Both the position numbers and the translations under genes were made by a program. The notes below the pieces were generated by a model. It was not told the origin of the DNA and ran no database searches. It saw nothing but the letters and a program-made list of their open reading frames with translations. A stretch of DNA of 64,000 nt from Octopus vulgaris (Eukaryota), in assembly GCA_951406725.2 (NCBI GenBank), contig OX597814.1, positions 212,784,001 to 212,848,000 on the forward strand, given 5' to 3'. This document shows, one piece after another, positions 28,147 through 42,100 of this stretch (position 1 is the first letter of the stretch; each line of letters starts with the position of its first letter).

Positions 28147-28929
28147 TATACCTTCAGAACTGTTTTTACGGCTTTTACCTGATATTTATATATAACATGC
28201 ATTAAAAGAAGAATGCAAATTTGATTTTTTTTGCAAAAATTTTAATGGACTTTAAATTAGAATATATACATATGACATATGATCAATTTTATAGGAAAAT
28301 GTGTGTATGCACACACATATACACAACACATACACACTCGCTCATATATATATAAGTATATATATATGTATGCATGCATGTGTATACATACATATACATA
28401 GATATTTACATACATAATTATATAACTATATACCTGGAATATACTTATATAGGAACACATATTATTATACATATATTTATACACATACATATATGTGTCT
28501 GCCTGCGGGAGCGTGTACAAAGATATGTATGTATGTACGCCTCTATGTATGTCGATATGTGCGTATGTATGCATGTATGTACATATGCTGGTATGTAGGT
28601 AGGTAGCTAGTTAGATATGTACTTATGTATGTATGTACGTATGTATGTATGTGTGTATGTATGTATGTATGTATTTATGCATATAAACGTATACTTAAAC
28701 GGCAATGCATTCTTAGGGATGGAAATATTTCCTGTTGAGGAAAAATGCGAAAGAAATTGCTACGTAGCATTAATAGCCTATTAATCATAATTTAATGCTA
28801 TTTATTTCTACTATTTCCAACGTCTGTTTTAATAATTCTAATATTGTATATAGTAACTATTGATTCAATATAAATAGGGAATATTATTTTGTTTGCTTCA
28901 TTGCCTCTTAAAAGGTATATTTACACACA

Positions 28930-30150
28930 TACAAAAATGAAGATACATAAATATGTTCGCTCATCCTATAAAGCTAGCAAGATGTTAGATTTGAAGAAAA
29001 ATATTTATCAGCACACACGACATTGATTTATATGAATTAGCATTTAACGTATCGATTTTCCCTTCTACCTGATACTGTAGAGATATATTTTATATCAGAA
29101 AGCGACGTAGACGAACAAAAGCTGACTTAATAGTATAATTCATCATACTTGTTCAACAAACACAAAGTAACAACACCTTATGAAAGGAAAACGACTGTAG
29201 AATCATTACATCTTATCCTTCTCAAAGTACGAGGTGTATACGGACAGAGAAATTGAAGCTGGATAATGAAACCCATAGAGAAAACGAATTTTAAAGATAT
29301 TTTGCCAATAAACTGGGAATATAAATCTCAACCCAGCAAAGGTCTATTCGATTTGAGATCTTGAGATATGTGCTGTAACTGCGACTGAGAAATGTTCTGT
29401 AACTATGCGGCTGATGTTAGTTAGCTTTCAAAGTCATATTGAGTGGTTTGAGTATCGCTGAATACATATATTGATGTAGTTATTCAAAACACATGCACGT
29501 GATACATTCTTGTTTCACTTTCTTATTCATCAACAATATTAAATGTGTTTATTATAGTATCCGGTGTTGGTGCAGCACAGCTAAATGAACGGGAATGTGA
29601 GAATATTAGTGGTTTTGGCATAATATTATTACTACCGCTGTCTGAGACAGTTCTCCGTCAGTATTTTACCTTGGCTATATATTTTACAGCGAAAAATATC
29701 TACTGATTAATTGTTTCAAAATTTTAATATAGAGAAGCCTAAATGACCTAATTTGTAAAAGATTTATATCATAATTGAATATAATACCTAATTACACATT
29801 GAGCTTAAGATCTAAAGAAATTTTTTTGTTAAATATTTTGTAAAATCATCTAAAGTAAATATTCTATATGTGCCAGTCTACATACTTACAAATATTGAAA
29901 GTGGATCGTAAATTTCAAGATCAAGAGTTAGTCGTAAGTATTTTGGAAAATCTTTCATTACAATTTCTAACCTTGCAATGGCAATTAATATAATAGATGC
30001 AGGGAGTGTACGAATTTGGGTGTACGAATTGCAGTTAGAAAACTTGATGATTAAAATCGGTACCACATGGGGCTTTTTCTATATTTGGCGCCGTTAAAAG
30101 AAGAAAGGAGCATATGGAACTTTTAATGTCACATGTCTGTGGAAACAAAC
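28930..30150 (+). pseudogene. decayed Toll-like receptor (LRR-LRRCT-TM-TIR)
   Basis: KMLDLKKN; DMCCNCD*EMF (CCNCD* at 29371-88); Y*CSYSKHM; ECENISGFGIILLL; ILTNIESG..RKYFG..ISNLAMAIN..WVYELQL (29860-30060). Confidence 0.55.
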
Positions 30151-31258
30151 TATTTGAAAATTGTTTTGACAAACGTATGTCATTTTATATATTTTTGTCT
30201 TGCTGATGCGAAAAGCTTTTACCTATTACCTAAGATTTTCTCACAAATTAAAGTTAACGATATCATAATTTGTAATTCAACGTGTTGTATGACGAAATGT
30301 TAGTACTAAGAAGGAATTAGGTACTTCATCTAACAAAATATAATTGAATATGAGCAAATAGATTTTAACAAAGGGTTCTATTCATTTTCTAAGTTTATAT
30401 TGCTTCTTCGTTTATTTACCATGAGAGAAACTCTATTATAAATACCACCGTAAAGTCTGTTCTAGCAGAACATCCACGTTTAAGTGGGAATAAATATTAC
30501 CACTTGGTATTAATACTGCCTCTGTCGCTAATATATCTTTTTTAACAAGTGAACTGGCTAATCGCAATACTAGTGCCTGTTCTGGTAATGATTTTCTATA
30601 TATCACTAGCGAGGAGATAAGTCGCTAGCGGTCGAACATCCATCAGCGATGAGATTAAGGAAGATCGATATGTGTCATAGTGGTCTCGGCGCTGAGGTTG
30701 GTGGTGATTTATCTTCCCGTGAGTGATATAAAGAAGCAAGCATGCATTCTGCACCAAAACCTGTATAAACAGTTTATTTTATGATAAATACGGCAGTAAT
30801 TATTTTCTTACTCTTCGAATTGTATCCCTACTCCTTACATGAACAAATACTGTAGACGTTTTGACTTCAGTGTACATTTTGTCCATTGTCTTAATTCCTC
30901 AACACAAAGTAGGCAGGCCTTATGGGGAGCCCACTTCTGATCTTGGTCTCCTAATTTCACCCCCAAAAGAGGCCGAGTAACAGTTTTTGACAAATTTAGT
31001 AATGTTTCTCCGAAGCTTCTTAGTCATACATTTGTCACAAATGAAGCAAAATTTATCCGTGTTTGCTGCGTATCATCTAGAAGACGTCTTTCTTTGAAAT
31101 GGGGTGGAGGTCATTAAGGAAAGGGGAAGGAGAATCTTTTTTAACAGCGTATATTTGATTTACCATCAAAATGTACACATACAATTAAAGAAGCATGTGA
31201 CTACCCGAGAAGTTCATCACCACATCTTTATTGGGTCATATTCTACATTAAAATGTAG

Positions 31259-31655
31259 CGTGTGGTAAGTAACTTGCTAACCAACCACATGGTTCCGGGT
31301 TCAGTCCCACTGCGTGGTATCTTGGGCAAGTGTCTTCTGCTATAGCCCCGGGCCGACCAATGCCTTGTGAGTGGATTTGGTAGACGGAAACTGAAAGAAG
31401 CCTGTCGTATATATGTATATATATATAAGTGTGTGTGTATATGTTTGTGTGTCTGTGTTTGTCCCCCTAGCATTGCTTGACAACCGATGCTGGTGTGTTT
31501 ACGTCCCCGTCACTTAGCGGTTCGGCAAAAGAGTCCGATAGAATAAGTACTGGGCTTACAAAGAATAAGTGCCGGGGTCGATTTGCTCGACTAAAGGCGG
31601 TGCTCCAGCATAGCCGCAATCAAATGACTGAAACAAGTAAAAGAGTAAAAGAGTA
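31259..31655 (+). mobile_element. SINE family A
   Basis: Matches 303-711. Confidence 0.9.
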
Positions 31656-31699
31656 TATGATCCAGCAAAATGTAACATGATACAATAAAACAATGCTTG

Positions 31700-32120
31700 T
31701 AGCATATATCAGGAAAACTCTTGACGAAATAAGTGAATTAAAAAAATTTTAAAGAAAGGTTTCGGAGGGGTGATGCATACCTTGCGCGCAAACAAGGGTA
31801 AAATATCTAATTTTATTAAAAATAATCTCAGACGAATTCATATTTCAACAGAATTACATCAAGAGTTATTTTCCCTGATTATCGTTCATGCATATATAAT
31901 AACAACAGCAAAAAATAACATTTTGGTTCACCCGTCAGCCAGTTTTGAAGATAAATCAAAGCCAAATTTAACGACTTTGAGCCACTCACCCAAAGAGTAT
32001 TTCTGCCAAATTTGGGGAAAATCGTTTCAGTCATTTTCCAGTACATTTGCAAATAGAAAAGCAAACAGACAAAGACGAGCGACTACACTCACACTGCTTC
32101 TCTTACGCGTGCAGGGTTAA
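31700..32120 (+). mobile_element. possible non-autonomous Helitron/Helentron-like repeat
   Basis: TGCCAAATTTGGGGAAAATCGTTTCAGT...AAACAGACA 3' motif. Confidence 0.3.
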
Positions 32121-32767
32121 AAATGACTTTTCACATAAGCAACGTGACCTTGTAAAGCACCTCTGCTTTGTACAACACATGCGGTTGACTAAAGCTAATA
32201 CACATTGGTTTGTAGCTGAAGCAGTCTCAGCATTCCCAGGTGCTTATTTTTAAACTTACGCCTATTATTTATAATGCAAATAGTTTATTTAAATATAGCA
32301 ATTAATAGAAAATAGTGAAAGGCAATATTCAAATTTGGGTAGAATGGTAAAATGCAATAAGAGATTTTGTGAAATATACTCAGTGGTTCCGCGGACCCCT
32401 GGGATCCCGGAACCCCTGGAGGTCCTCAAAAGTAGAACGGAGGGGGGGTGGGGGCGTGAACTAAATTCAAAATGTCACGTATAGCCTTATGTGATACATA
32501 CGGAGTCGAGTTTCTGGGTGGTTACCAGTCCTCGGCGTGTTTTAATCACAAGCTAGTGATGAAAAGTCACTCCACTTGCAAATACTATATGCTTTTTCCT
32601 GCGACAAACCATCTTTGAGCAAGATGTAAACTGTAGCAATATGGAATCGTAACAACCGAGCGTGGCGTCCTATATGGGACAGTGCTACTGACGTTTATAG
32701 CACAATTAAGACACCTTTTCCAGCTGGTTAACGACATATATGTGTATGTAGATATATATACACATGC

Positions 32768-32817
<50 letters not shown>

Positions 32818-32894
32818 TTGAGTTGTGGGGTATCGCACGAGTGGGATTATATAAGAAAAAAGGTTTGAAAATGCAATTTAAACGATGTTTATTT

Positions 32895-32935
32895 ACTTAA
32901 CCGGTTTCACTCTTTGGTAAAAGATTGTCAAAAGT
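32895..32935 (-). ncRNA. minimal hammerhead variant (U3-A8)
   Basis: Reverse complement of 35194-35234. Confidence 0.55.
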
Positions 32936-33513
32936 TACATTTAAGGAAACATTGAATAATATGGGTTCAAAAAAGTTTTTTACATAATTGTCACATTGAA
33001 TATTATGCATTCAAAAAAGTTTTTTACATAATTGTCACATTGGATATTATGGGTTCAAAAAAAGTTTTTTACATAATTGTCACATTGGATATTATGAATT
33101 CAAAAATGTTTTTTTATACATAATTGTCACATTATTTGGGAAAATTTGGCAGAAAAGGATAAAACAAATATATTATTGGGAATTGGTTGCGTTAATTATT
33201 GGTTGTCGCAAATTGTCACATTACATGTATATATATACAATCTTTGGTATATATATACAGCGTTTTGACAGCAAAAATTAAAATGGATTTTTTGTCCATC
33301 TCAGAATATTTTAAGTATGTTTTTACTGACCTGTCAGTATTAGCAGAAAGGCTGAACTGAGAGAACAGAAGTGCGCGCGTTGTATGTGTTTGTGTGTGTG
33401 CACGTGTGTATATATGTGTGTGTGTGTGTGTGCACTGTGTGCGGGTGTGTGTGTATGTGTGTGTGTGTGTGTGTGAGCATTGTATACGTGTGTATGTATT
33501 TACATATGTATCT

Positions 33514-33569
<56 letters not shown>

Positions 33570-35193
33570 ATATGCATGGTATGTGTGTATATGTTAGTAC
33601 TTTGTTTGTGTGTATGTGCGGCATGTAGAGATATATTTGAGTGTGTACGCTATAGGTTTGTAATTTGTGTGTGTGGGGGGTGGTGAATTTTTTATATATA
33701 TATGTGTGTGTGTATGTGTGTGAAAAAATATATGTATGTGCATGTATGTATGTATGTATGTGTGTATATATATATATATATATGTGTATATATATGTGTG
33801 TGTGTGTATGTGTGTGTGTGTATATTTATTTGCATGTTTATGTGTGTATAAACATGTACATTATTTGCATGCGCATTGTATATATGTATATTGTATGTAT
33901 GTGTATTGTATATGTACGTGTACAATTAAGTGTATATATTTGTGTGTATGTGTGCACTGTATATATGTATATTGTAGGTGTGCTATATGTGCATGAATAC
34001 ATGTATATGCATTGCGTGTATATATATGTATGCATTGTGTGTGTATGTATGTTATGTGTGTGTGTGTGTATATATATATTATATGTATGCGTACGTGTAT
34101 GTGTATGCATTGTATGTATGTGTGTTGTGTGTATATGTGGTACATCTATGTATGTGTATGTAAACACTATTTATATGTATATGTGTATATATGTATATGC
34201 ATTGTCTATATATATATATATTATATGTATGTATTGCGTATGTATATTGCATGCATATATTGTGTATGTATATTACTTACATGCTGTATGTGTGTATTGT
34301 ATGTGTGTATATATATATGCTAGGTGTATTTGTGTGATATTTATATTATGTATGTATGTGTGCGTGTGTTGTGTGTGTGTGTGTGTATGTGTGTTATATA
34401 TCTGTGTATGTTATATATAGATACATGTTATATTTGTGTGCTGTGTGTATATGTGATATATGTGGGTGCGTTGTGTGTGGGTGTGTGTGTTCTGTGTGTG
34501 TGTGTTGTTTGTATGTGGTTTGTGTTTGTATACTATGTGTGTGTGTGTGTGTGTTGTTGTGTGTGTGTGTGTTTGTGTGTATATATATGTGTGTGACAAA
34601 CAGACGCTGTCTGACCAGCAGGCACGGACACATCTATTCATACCCGCATACTAACCTCCTGATAACCCCAAAATCATTCATGCATAAAGGGGAAGTATAC
34701 ACCACATTGGCTACTTCTGTTCTCTCAGTTCAGCCTTTCTGCTAATACTGACAGGTCAGTAAAAACATACTTAAAATATTCTGAGATGGACAAAAAATCC
34801 ATTTTAATTTTTGCTGTCAAAACGCTGTATATATATACCAAAGATTGTATATATATACATGTAATGTGACAATTTGCGACAACCAATAATTAACGCAACC
34901 AATTCCCAATAATATATTTGTTTTATCCTTTTCTGCCAAATTTTCCCAAATAATGTGACAATTATGTATAAAAAAACATTTTTGAATTCATAATATCCAA
35001 TGTGACAATTATGTAAAAAACTTTTTTGAATGCATAATATTCAATGTGACAATTATGTAAAAAACTTTTTTTGAACCCATAATATCCAATGTGACAATTA
35101 TGTAAAAAACTTTTTTGAATGCATAATTTTCAATGTGACAATTATGTAAAAAACTTTTTTGAACCCATATTATTCAATGTTTCCTTAAATGTA

Positions 35194-35234
35194 ACTTTTG
35201 ACAATCTTTTACCAAAGAGTGAAACCGGTTAAGT
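35194..35234 (+). ncRNA. minimal hammerhead variant (U3-A8)
   Basis: ACTT-TTGACAA-TCTTTT-ACCA-AAGAGT-GAAA-CCG-GTT-AAGT. Confidence 0.55.
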
Positions 35235-35273
35235 AAATAAACATCGTTTAAATTGCATTTTCAAACCTTTTTT

Positions 35274-35327
<54 letters not shown>

Positions 35328-35487
35328 AACATACTGACACAGAGAAGTTAACAAGGAAAAGGGAAAAAAAATTTTTAAGCGATTATCTCCCTTACACCGG
35401 AAGAAATCACTCACTACCTCCCCTTATTTAGAAATCTCCTGTTAATAAACACAACGATAACTCCATGCAATATAAACATAACGTCAC

Positions 35488-35527
35488 AAGAAATTTGAAA
35501 AGCTACACGCGAAACCGGTAATTTCTT
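35488..35527 (+). ncRNA. minimal hammerhead variant (U3-A8)
   Basis: AAGAAAT-TTGAAAA-GC-TACAC-GC-GAAA-CCG-GTA-ATTTCTT; 7-bp helix I. Confidence 0.7.
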
Positions 35528-35786
35528 TAAAAATTTTAAAATTATGTCATTTTAAGGAAAGGAAAAAAATTTTTCCAATATTCTCCAGACATTTTGACAC
35601 AAATATATATATTTTTTAACATTTAAGCCTTCTGTCGTTTTTTCACACTTTACTATTTTCTTATATATATATATATATATACATATAGTTAATCCAAACA
35701 TGAACAAAGAGAAAACACAACAACGCGAGGACGTGGAACAAGTATAGTGTAATTGGGCGATCACGAAAGGAAAGAAAGAAGGAAGC

Positions 35787-35820
35787 TTTAATGTTTCGAG
35801 CGGAGCTCTTCGTCAGTAAT
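35787..35820 (-). ncRNA. minimal hammerhead, degenerate helices I/III, in repeat 35685-35900 (relative at 7450-7657)
   Basis: CTGACGA-A-GAGC-TCC-GCTC-GAAAC-ATTA. Confidence 0.55.
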
Positions 35821-36660
35821 GTAGAAAAAAGGAAAAGTCCAAGGAAGGGAAGACAGAGAAAGAAAATCGCCAACGACACACACGCGGTCACATATTGAAA
35901 TGAGTGGAAGGAAATGTGTGAAGAAAAAGTTCTTTCAAAGACAGGAGAGTGCAATATATATATATATACATACATATGGATAAGCATATTAATAGGGGTC
36001 CGTGGGAAAACTCATTTGAATAAACGGGTTGGGAACCACTGCTCTAGGTAATAGGATACTTTCTTTGTGAGTTTCGAAACCAGCAAGTAAAAAATTATCA
36101 GTTTCATCCCAGTGAAACAGTTATTTTGGCGGGTGAGGGTTGTCACAGACATTTTTTTCTTTTCTAAGGTAATCCGTTTCTGTACACATTCTGTGTCAAA
36201 TGTTTGGAGCTTCATAAATCTCAATTGTTCATTAACTTGTATATGATTTAAAAACCAATTAGCCAGTCAGTAAGTAGGAGGGGATATCAAAGAATAATTA
36301 GAATATCATCTGCATGTAAATTGATTACGACCGAGAACAGATACTTTTATTGTTTGATGCAAAATAATTTCATCGATTATCTGAATCTATTACTAACTCA
36401 CGATTCTAAAGTAGATCCTACTACATGCAACAGGTACTTGACGTCAAGTAGAAAAATATCAAAATCCTCATCCTCAATAAATTAATACATTCATTAATAT
36501 TGCAGATAAAATACAATAATTTGCAAACATGTCAGCACTACATTCAATAAAAGAAGTTTTTAATATATATATATATAATAATAAATATTAGGGAATAAAT
36601 CCAAATTCACAGGGAAAAATCAGATTTAGGATTGAATCCAATATTATAGTAAAATATTAT

Positions 36661-36807
36661 ATTATATTATATTAGAGACAAAACCACTATTATGCAAATC
36701 AAACAAAGAGAGACTTAAGCCAATACATAAAATAATTTATATAAATTAAAAGTCTTTCTTTGTTTGATTTGCATAATAGTGGTTTTGTCTCTAATATAAT
36801 ATAATAT
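36661..36807. repeat. fold-back with ~56-bp arms
   Basis: ATTATATTATATTAGAGACAAAACC...AGACTT / AAGTCT...GGTTTTGTCTCTAATATAATATAAT, one mismatch. Confidence 0.9.
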
Positions 36808-37049
36808 TATATATATAATTAATTAATAAGGGTGAGAGAATTAGATACTAATTTAATAGTATATCTTTATTAATTAATTATAATTATGCTGCATTTATTT
36901 CTAAATGCTGTATTTGTTTTCCGTGAAAATTTGGCGCGCTGTTAGTTGGGGCATTTGAATTATAACGTCGGATGTAATCAATTGAACCACACGCGTATTT
37001 ATCGTTATGGTAAAATCTGGCGTGTGATTGAGTGGATTTCATCCAGATA

Positions 37050-37133
37050 GTTTTGGCTGAAGAGCTACAAGTGGATTTTATTGTAAGTAAAATTACATTT
37101 AATTCATTAATAGCGAAACAATTGTCCCAAAAT
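37050..37133 (+). ncRNA. type I hammerhead ribozyme, canonical core
   Basis: GTTTTGG-CTGAAGA-GCTA-(43 nt)-TAGC-GAAAC-AATT-GTC-CCAAAAT. Confidence 0.9.
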
Positions 37134-37582
37134 AATCTGTATTTGTTATTTTTTATTTGCCCTGTCCGTGTGAGCTAACAATCGTACTGACTTTCATGGG
37201 AAACATGTATTTTTGTGGTTGAAACCTTTTGGATTAACTGGTGCTAGAGTGAGCCATATAGTGACCACTCTCTTATATTTATTTTGTAAAAATATTATAA
37301 TATATTATAAAATATTATAATAATCCAGGTTTCTCGGAGCACTAGGCCACTTGGTGTAGAATAGATATACTATTAAATTAGTATCTAATTCTCTCACCCT
37401 TATTAATTAATTATAATTATGCTGCATTTATTTCTAAATGCTGTATTTGTTTTCCGTGAAAATTTGGCGCGCTGTTAGTTGGGGCATTTGAATTATAACG
37501 TCGGATGTAATCAATTGAACCACACGCGTATTTATCGTTATGGTAAAATCTGGCGTGTGATTGAGTGGATTTCATCCAGATA

Positions 37583-37666
37583 GTTTTGGCTGAAGAGCTA
37601 CAAGTGGATTTTATTGTAAGTAAAATTACATTTAATTCATTAATAGCGAAACAATTGTCCCAAAAT
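37583..37666 (+). ncRNA. type I hammerhead ribozyme, canonical core
   Basis: Identical copy 533 nt downstream. Confidence 0.9.
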
Positions 37667-37812
37667 AATCTGTATTTGTTATTTTTTATTTGCCCTGTCC
37701 GTGTGAGCTAACAATCGTACTGACTTTCATGGGAAACATGTATTTTTGTGGTTGAAACCTTTTGGATTAACTGGTGCTAGAGTGAGCCATATAGTGACCA
37801 CTCTCTTATATT

Positions 37813-37862
<50 letters not shown>

Positions 37863-37910
37863 AAAAATTTTATATAAAAATACAAAATGGGACAAGAACG
37901 CAAAACACAC

Positions 37911-38489
37911 AAAGAGACGACACAAAAAACGGACGGGTCAATCGAAGCCTCTAATCTTCAGTCAGGAACCGGATGATCCTAGCAATTTCGGCTGATTAAT
38001 CCTGATATCGCTCCGTTCCGGCCAGCCCCAAGGAAAAACTAAGCTGCGAGCATTAGATTTCTTGGAAAAAGGATCGAATGTATACGAAACAAGGACAGAA
38101 AAACGGGCGATGCCTTTGACCGTGCCACGACAACACCGTATTCTTCGTCTGCCGAACAGGTATTTATTTCAAAATACGTCAGCTAAGATAAGTTAAACTG
38201 TCTAAAGTCGTAAGACACCTGCTGTTTTTGTCCTGTTATTACTACTCTTGTTTTTTATTTTTGTTTCTTGTATTTATATTTGTGTGGCATCGTCCGTTTT
38301 TCTGTCCTGGTTTCGTATACATTCTATCCTTTTTCCAAGAAATCTAATGCTCGCAGCTTAGTTTTTCCTTGAGGCTGGCCGGATCGGAGCGATATCAGGA
38401 TTAATCGGCCGAAATTGCTAGGATGATCCGGTTCCTGACTGAAGATTAGAGGCTTCGAATGACCCGTCCGTTTTTTGTGTCGTCTCTTT
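37911..38489. repeat. inverted repeat (37911-38114 / 38286-38489), pLTR-like; relative at 7230-7370
   Basis: ~200-bp arms with a few mismatches, in (TA)n. Confidence 0.85.
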
Positions 38490-39149
38490 ATATTATTCAT
38501 ATATATAATATGAATAATAGTAGGATAACGAAAGAAACTATTAGACCATAGTTTATTTTCTTATATCAAAATGTTTACAAAATATGAACAGGATGTTTTT
38601 ACGAAATGATTTGCATTAAGGGATGTATAATATTGCCAGGGCTACGTATCAAATAATGTTAATTCTGTGCACATTTTCATTGAATACACAACATTAAACA
38701 GTTAAGCATAAAAAATTCAAGTAATATCGTAAAATTCATTTTCAAAATAGCAGCGTAGATTACAACCTATTCTTCGGAATATGCAGTTGGAAATTGGCTT
38801 CATTTATACATTGTAAAATGCCATTGTTATTGCTATAAATTGTTAATAATGCGCATTGGAAAAACAGATGCTAGAGTGGCTTGGAAAATTACATAGATTA
38901 TAATGGAATAAAGATACCCACAAGTGCATTAGTTACAGCATTAGTATAGGAATTCATGAAATAAGCGTCGAAAAAGTTAAATTTATAAATAACTATACTG
39001 TTTCTAGGTAGACGTAAACAGGAGTATTGTATAGAACCTCGTGCTTGTCAATATTACTCGTCCTAAATATTTAAATTAACGTCGCTACACGTAATTTATC
39101 TACAAGGTTGAGTATCCTTATAACTGAGATATAACTCGCTATGGCATTA

Positions 39150-42100
39150 TGTTGGGCATCTCTACATTACAAATGTAATTTCCTTCGCACACTGAAGCCG
39201 AAAAAGTAGATTAGCAGGCAATAGATTCCCAGACGCATCTAGTGTATTTCATTCAATTAGCTAACTTTACATTGGTCCCATAACATCTGATTTAGAGAAT
39301 ACCCAACACTGAATTTGTGTAAATTAGCGGAAGGATTTCAAATCAGAGTTTTATTAATAATAACGTTTTGTGTTATATTATTCATTATCACAGAATTCCT
39401 AACTTGGATTCTCTCTCATATGCATAAATTTTTACGTCACTATACTGGGACATATTTATTAGCCGGAATTTTCTAGACGTGCATCACGCTACATACACAG
39501 ATAATGAACAAGAACATATCATTTAATGTGTTCTTCATGACCGTTAATATTAGAAGAATTTACTAGTAAAAGACTCTCAGTGCGAGCTGGCAGAAACGTT
39601 AGCACGCCGGGCGAAATGCTTAGCGGTATTTCGTCTGCGTTACGTTGTGAGTTCAAATTCCGCCGAGGTTGACTTTGCCTTTCATCCTTTCGGGGTCGAT
39701 AAATTAAGTACCAGTTACGCACTGGGGTCGATGTAATCGACTTAATACCTATGTCTGTCCTTGTTTGTCCCCTCTGTGTTTAGCCCCTTGTGGGTAATAA
39801 AGAAATAAGTATTGTAAATATTTAGAAACTTGTATATATTTTTAACTCTATAAGGTGAAATTATAGAAATATCAAATGAGAGTTAAAGAATGGGGAAAAA
39901 GCCTGGTCAATAGTCACAGGAATGCTCTTTTTTCAAACGTCTAATCACCTCTATCAACAGCCTATGAATTAGCGTTTTGTATTGAAACCAGTAACAACGC
40001 TACAGTGTGCATGGCAAGAAAAGGAAAAGGAGAAATATTGTCATCAAGTGAGATTGAGTATAATGTTACGCTACTTTCAATCTGAGAAACGAAAACTTTG
40101 TAGTACCAATAAAAGAGAAAGACAGAAACGACTTGCCTGCCATCAGTGGAGTTGTAATCAGTTAAAGAGTTAGTATTTGCCAAACAGTAGAATAGGATGC
40201 TTATCTCTGACTCTACATCTAATGGTTTTCAGATAACGGTACTTGAAAAATTGATGTGAATAATACAAATTTCGCCTCTTCTACAATGAACTTTATTCTT
40301 ATAATGTTCTAGTATCTGAGGGATGTTGAAACTGACGTATATTTTAAGAAGCCCTCAAAATTTTTTAATTCAGGTAAGGATTTAAGATCAAATAATCAAA
40401 TGTAATGATTCAAAATTAAATGTTCCGAATCATCGCGAAATTATAGACTACACTCGAAGAACATACCTGTTAGAAGTGAAAGAGCTTCAGAAGGAATCGA
40501 CTTCACATATCTGGATAATACTAGTGATCTACACAAATTAATTAGTCATGAGACATTCATTAGGAAATATTTATTATAAAGAGAAAATTGAACAAAGTTT
40601 TGCGTTTCATGTGCAATCACATAAAATCTCATGTTACTTAGATATATCAAAAACACCATTTCGTACATATTTGCATAAATTCTTATCTTAATTTTATATT
40701 TTGCATGTTTGTAGTGAATTTAAAGGAGAAATCAATATCTTATTCATCTGTTACTCACACGTCTCATTAAGAGGATCCATATTTAAAATATGAACAATTT
40801 CACTCTTGAAAAATACGTTATCTAGTTAATTGATTAACTCATAAAACCGGCATTGAATATTCGAGATTCTCAATAAGTTACTCAATGGAATTTATGCTGC
40901 TTTGATTGCTTCCCCTAGGTTTTGTTCTCAACATCACTTTTGATTGTATTTGTTGACATTTATTGCAAAGCAATGATACAAAACAGACATTGAATCATTA
41001 ATTTACGTAGGCGATATTTCTGATACGAAGGTGTGGGGAATAACTTTATTTCATTGGAAATTATATATATTGTATTTACTCTTTATACATCCATCCATCC
41101 ATCTATCAATATATACATACATACACACATAGTTGTGTGTTTGATAAATTGTCATTATCATTTTATTATTTAATCAAATATGTTTTGTTTAATATTTCCT
41201 TGATTTACTTTTCAAATATGATAGCTTCAAAGAGGCATGATTTCGAATATCGACGCCATTATATTAGTTAATTTTGATGTCACTAACTCATGTAATATTT
41301 CGCATTAGGATTTTCAAGATATGTATAAAACAAGAAAGAAAGTGTGTATACTTACAAGAATGTTATACATTTATATTGTAATATATTATGAGCTATAAAT
41401 ATAAGCGTGAAATTATCCAATCCTAAAACTAAAGCACACCAGTTTTTGTTAAACTGATTCTTTAAGACGCGATATAGAGCAAAGAATAAAATGTCCTTCC
41501 TGTAGACAAAATATAGTAGACGTTGCTCGTGCTATTGAATAATTTTTAGTTTATTTGACCACATGATACGAGCTGCATTTTAATCATCGTCACGTATTGT
41601 CAATATACACGCTCTTGAATTAATATTTCTACATATTATGATTCTATATACCTACGCACACTGAAATTTTTCTGAAATTGAAATCTCATTGTGATTTACA
41701 TTTCCTTACTCCAAGAAATGTATTTGTCATTGTTTTCGCCGAATTTGAAACTCAACTGCAAATTCTGTAAAGTGATGTTTCTATGAAAAATATTAACAGA
41801 GAAGAGATTCTTCACCAGCAAACCAAAACTCATTTATTGTTTGTCGAATCTGCTATAAAGAACAGCTAAGTATATATTCCAAATTCTAGACCATCGTAAA
41901 TATAAGCAATCAGAAATAAGACACTTGATGAAGATCGGGCATAAAGATTTTAGCATGGTTGGGTATTTGTAAACACTGACACAACTGAAAAATAGAGGTA
42001 ATGGTCGGATAAAATTATAGTATCATTAACAACCGATCTCTAACATTATACATAAATTCTTACATTACGTTATAACATAAAATACAACTTAATTGTATTA

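Larger units (their letters stand above)
32848..35280. repeat. inverted pLTR pair (32848-33372 / 34713-35280) around ~1.3 kb of degenerate (TG/TA)n
   Basis: Arms near-identical; internal ~42-bp minisatellite (4 vs 5 units). Confidence 0.9.
32381..36041. mobile_element. hAT-like MITE split by ~3.2 kb of nested insertions
   Basis: TIRs CAGTGGTTCC (32381) / GGAACCACTG (36041); 8-bp TSD not preserved. Confidence 0.55.
36820..37815 (+). mobile_element. pLTR/retrozyme-like tandem, 533-bp period, with short inverted cap (36820-36866)
   Basis: Sequence at ~36867-37280 repeats at ~37400-37813; flanked by (TA)n. Confidence 0.85.

Noticed and set aside
32955-33135. Regular ~42-bp repeats (CRISPR-like spacing)
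   Set aside because: No unique spacers; this is a minisatellite in a eukaryotic repeat
40455-40475. Minus-strand CAG|GTATGT donor-like site (also an acceptor-like site at ~27225)
   Set aside because: Isolated signals without an open exon
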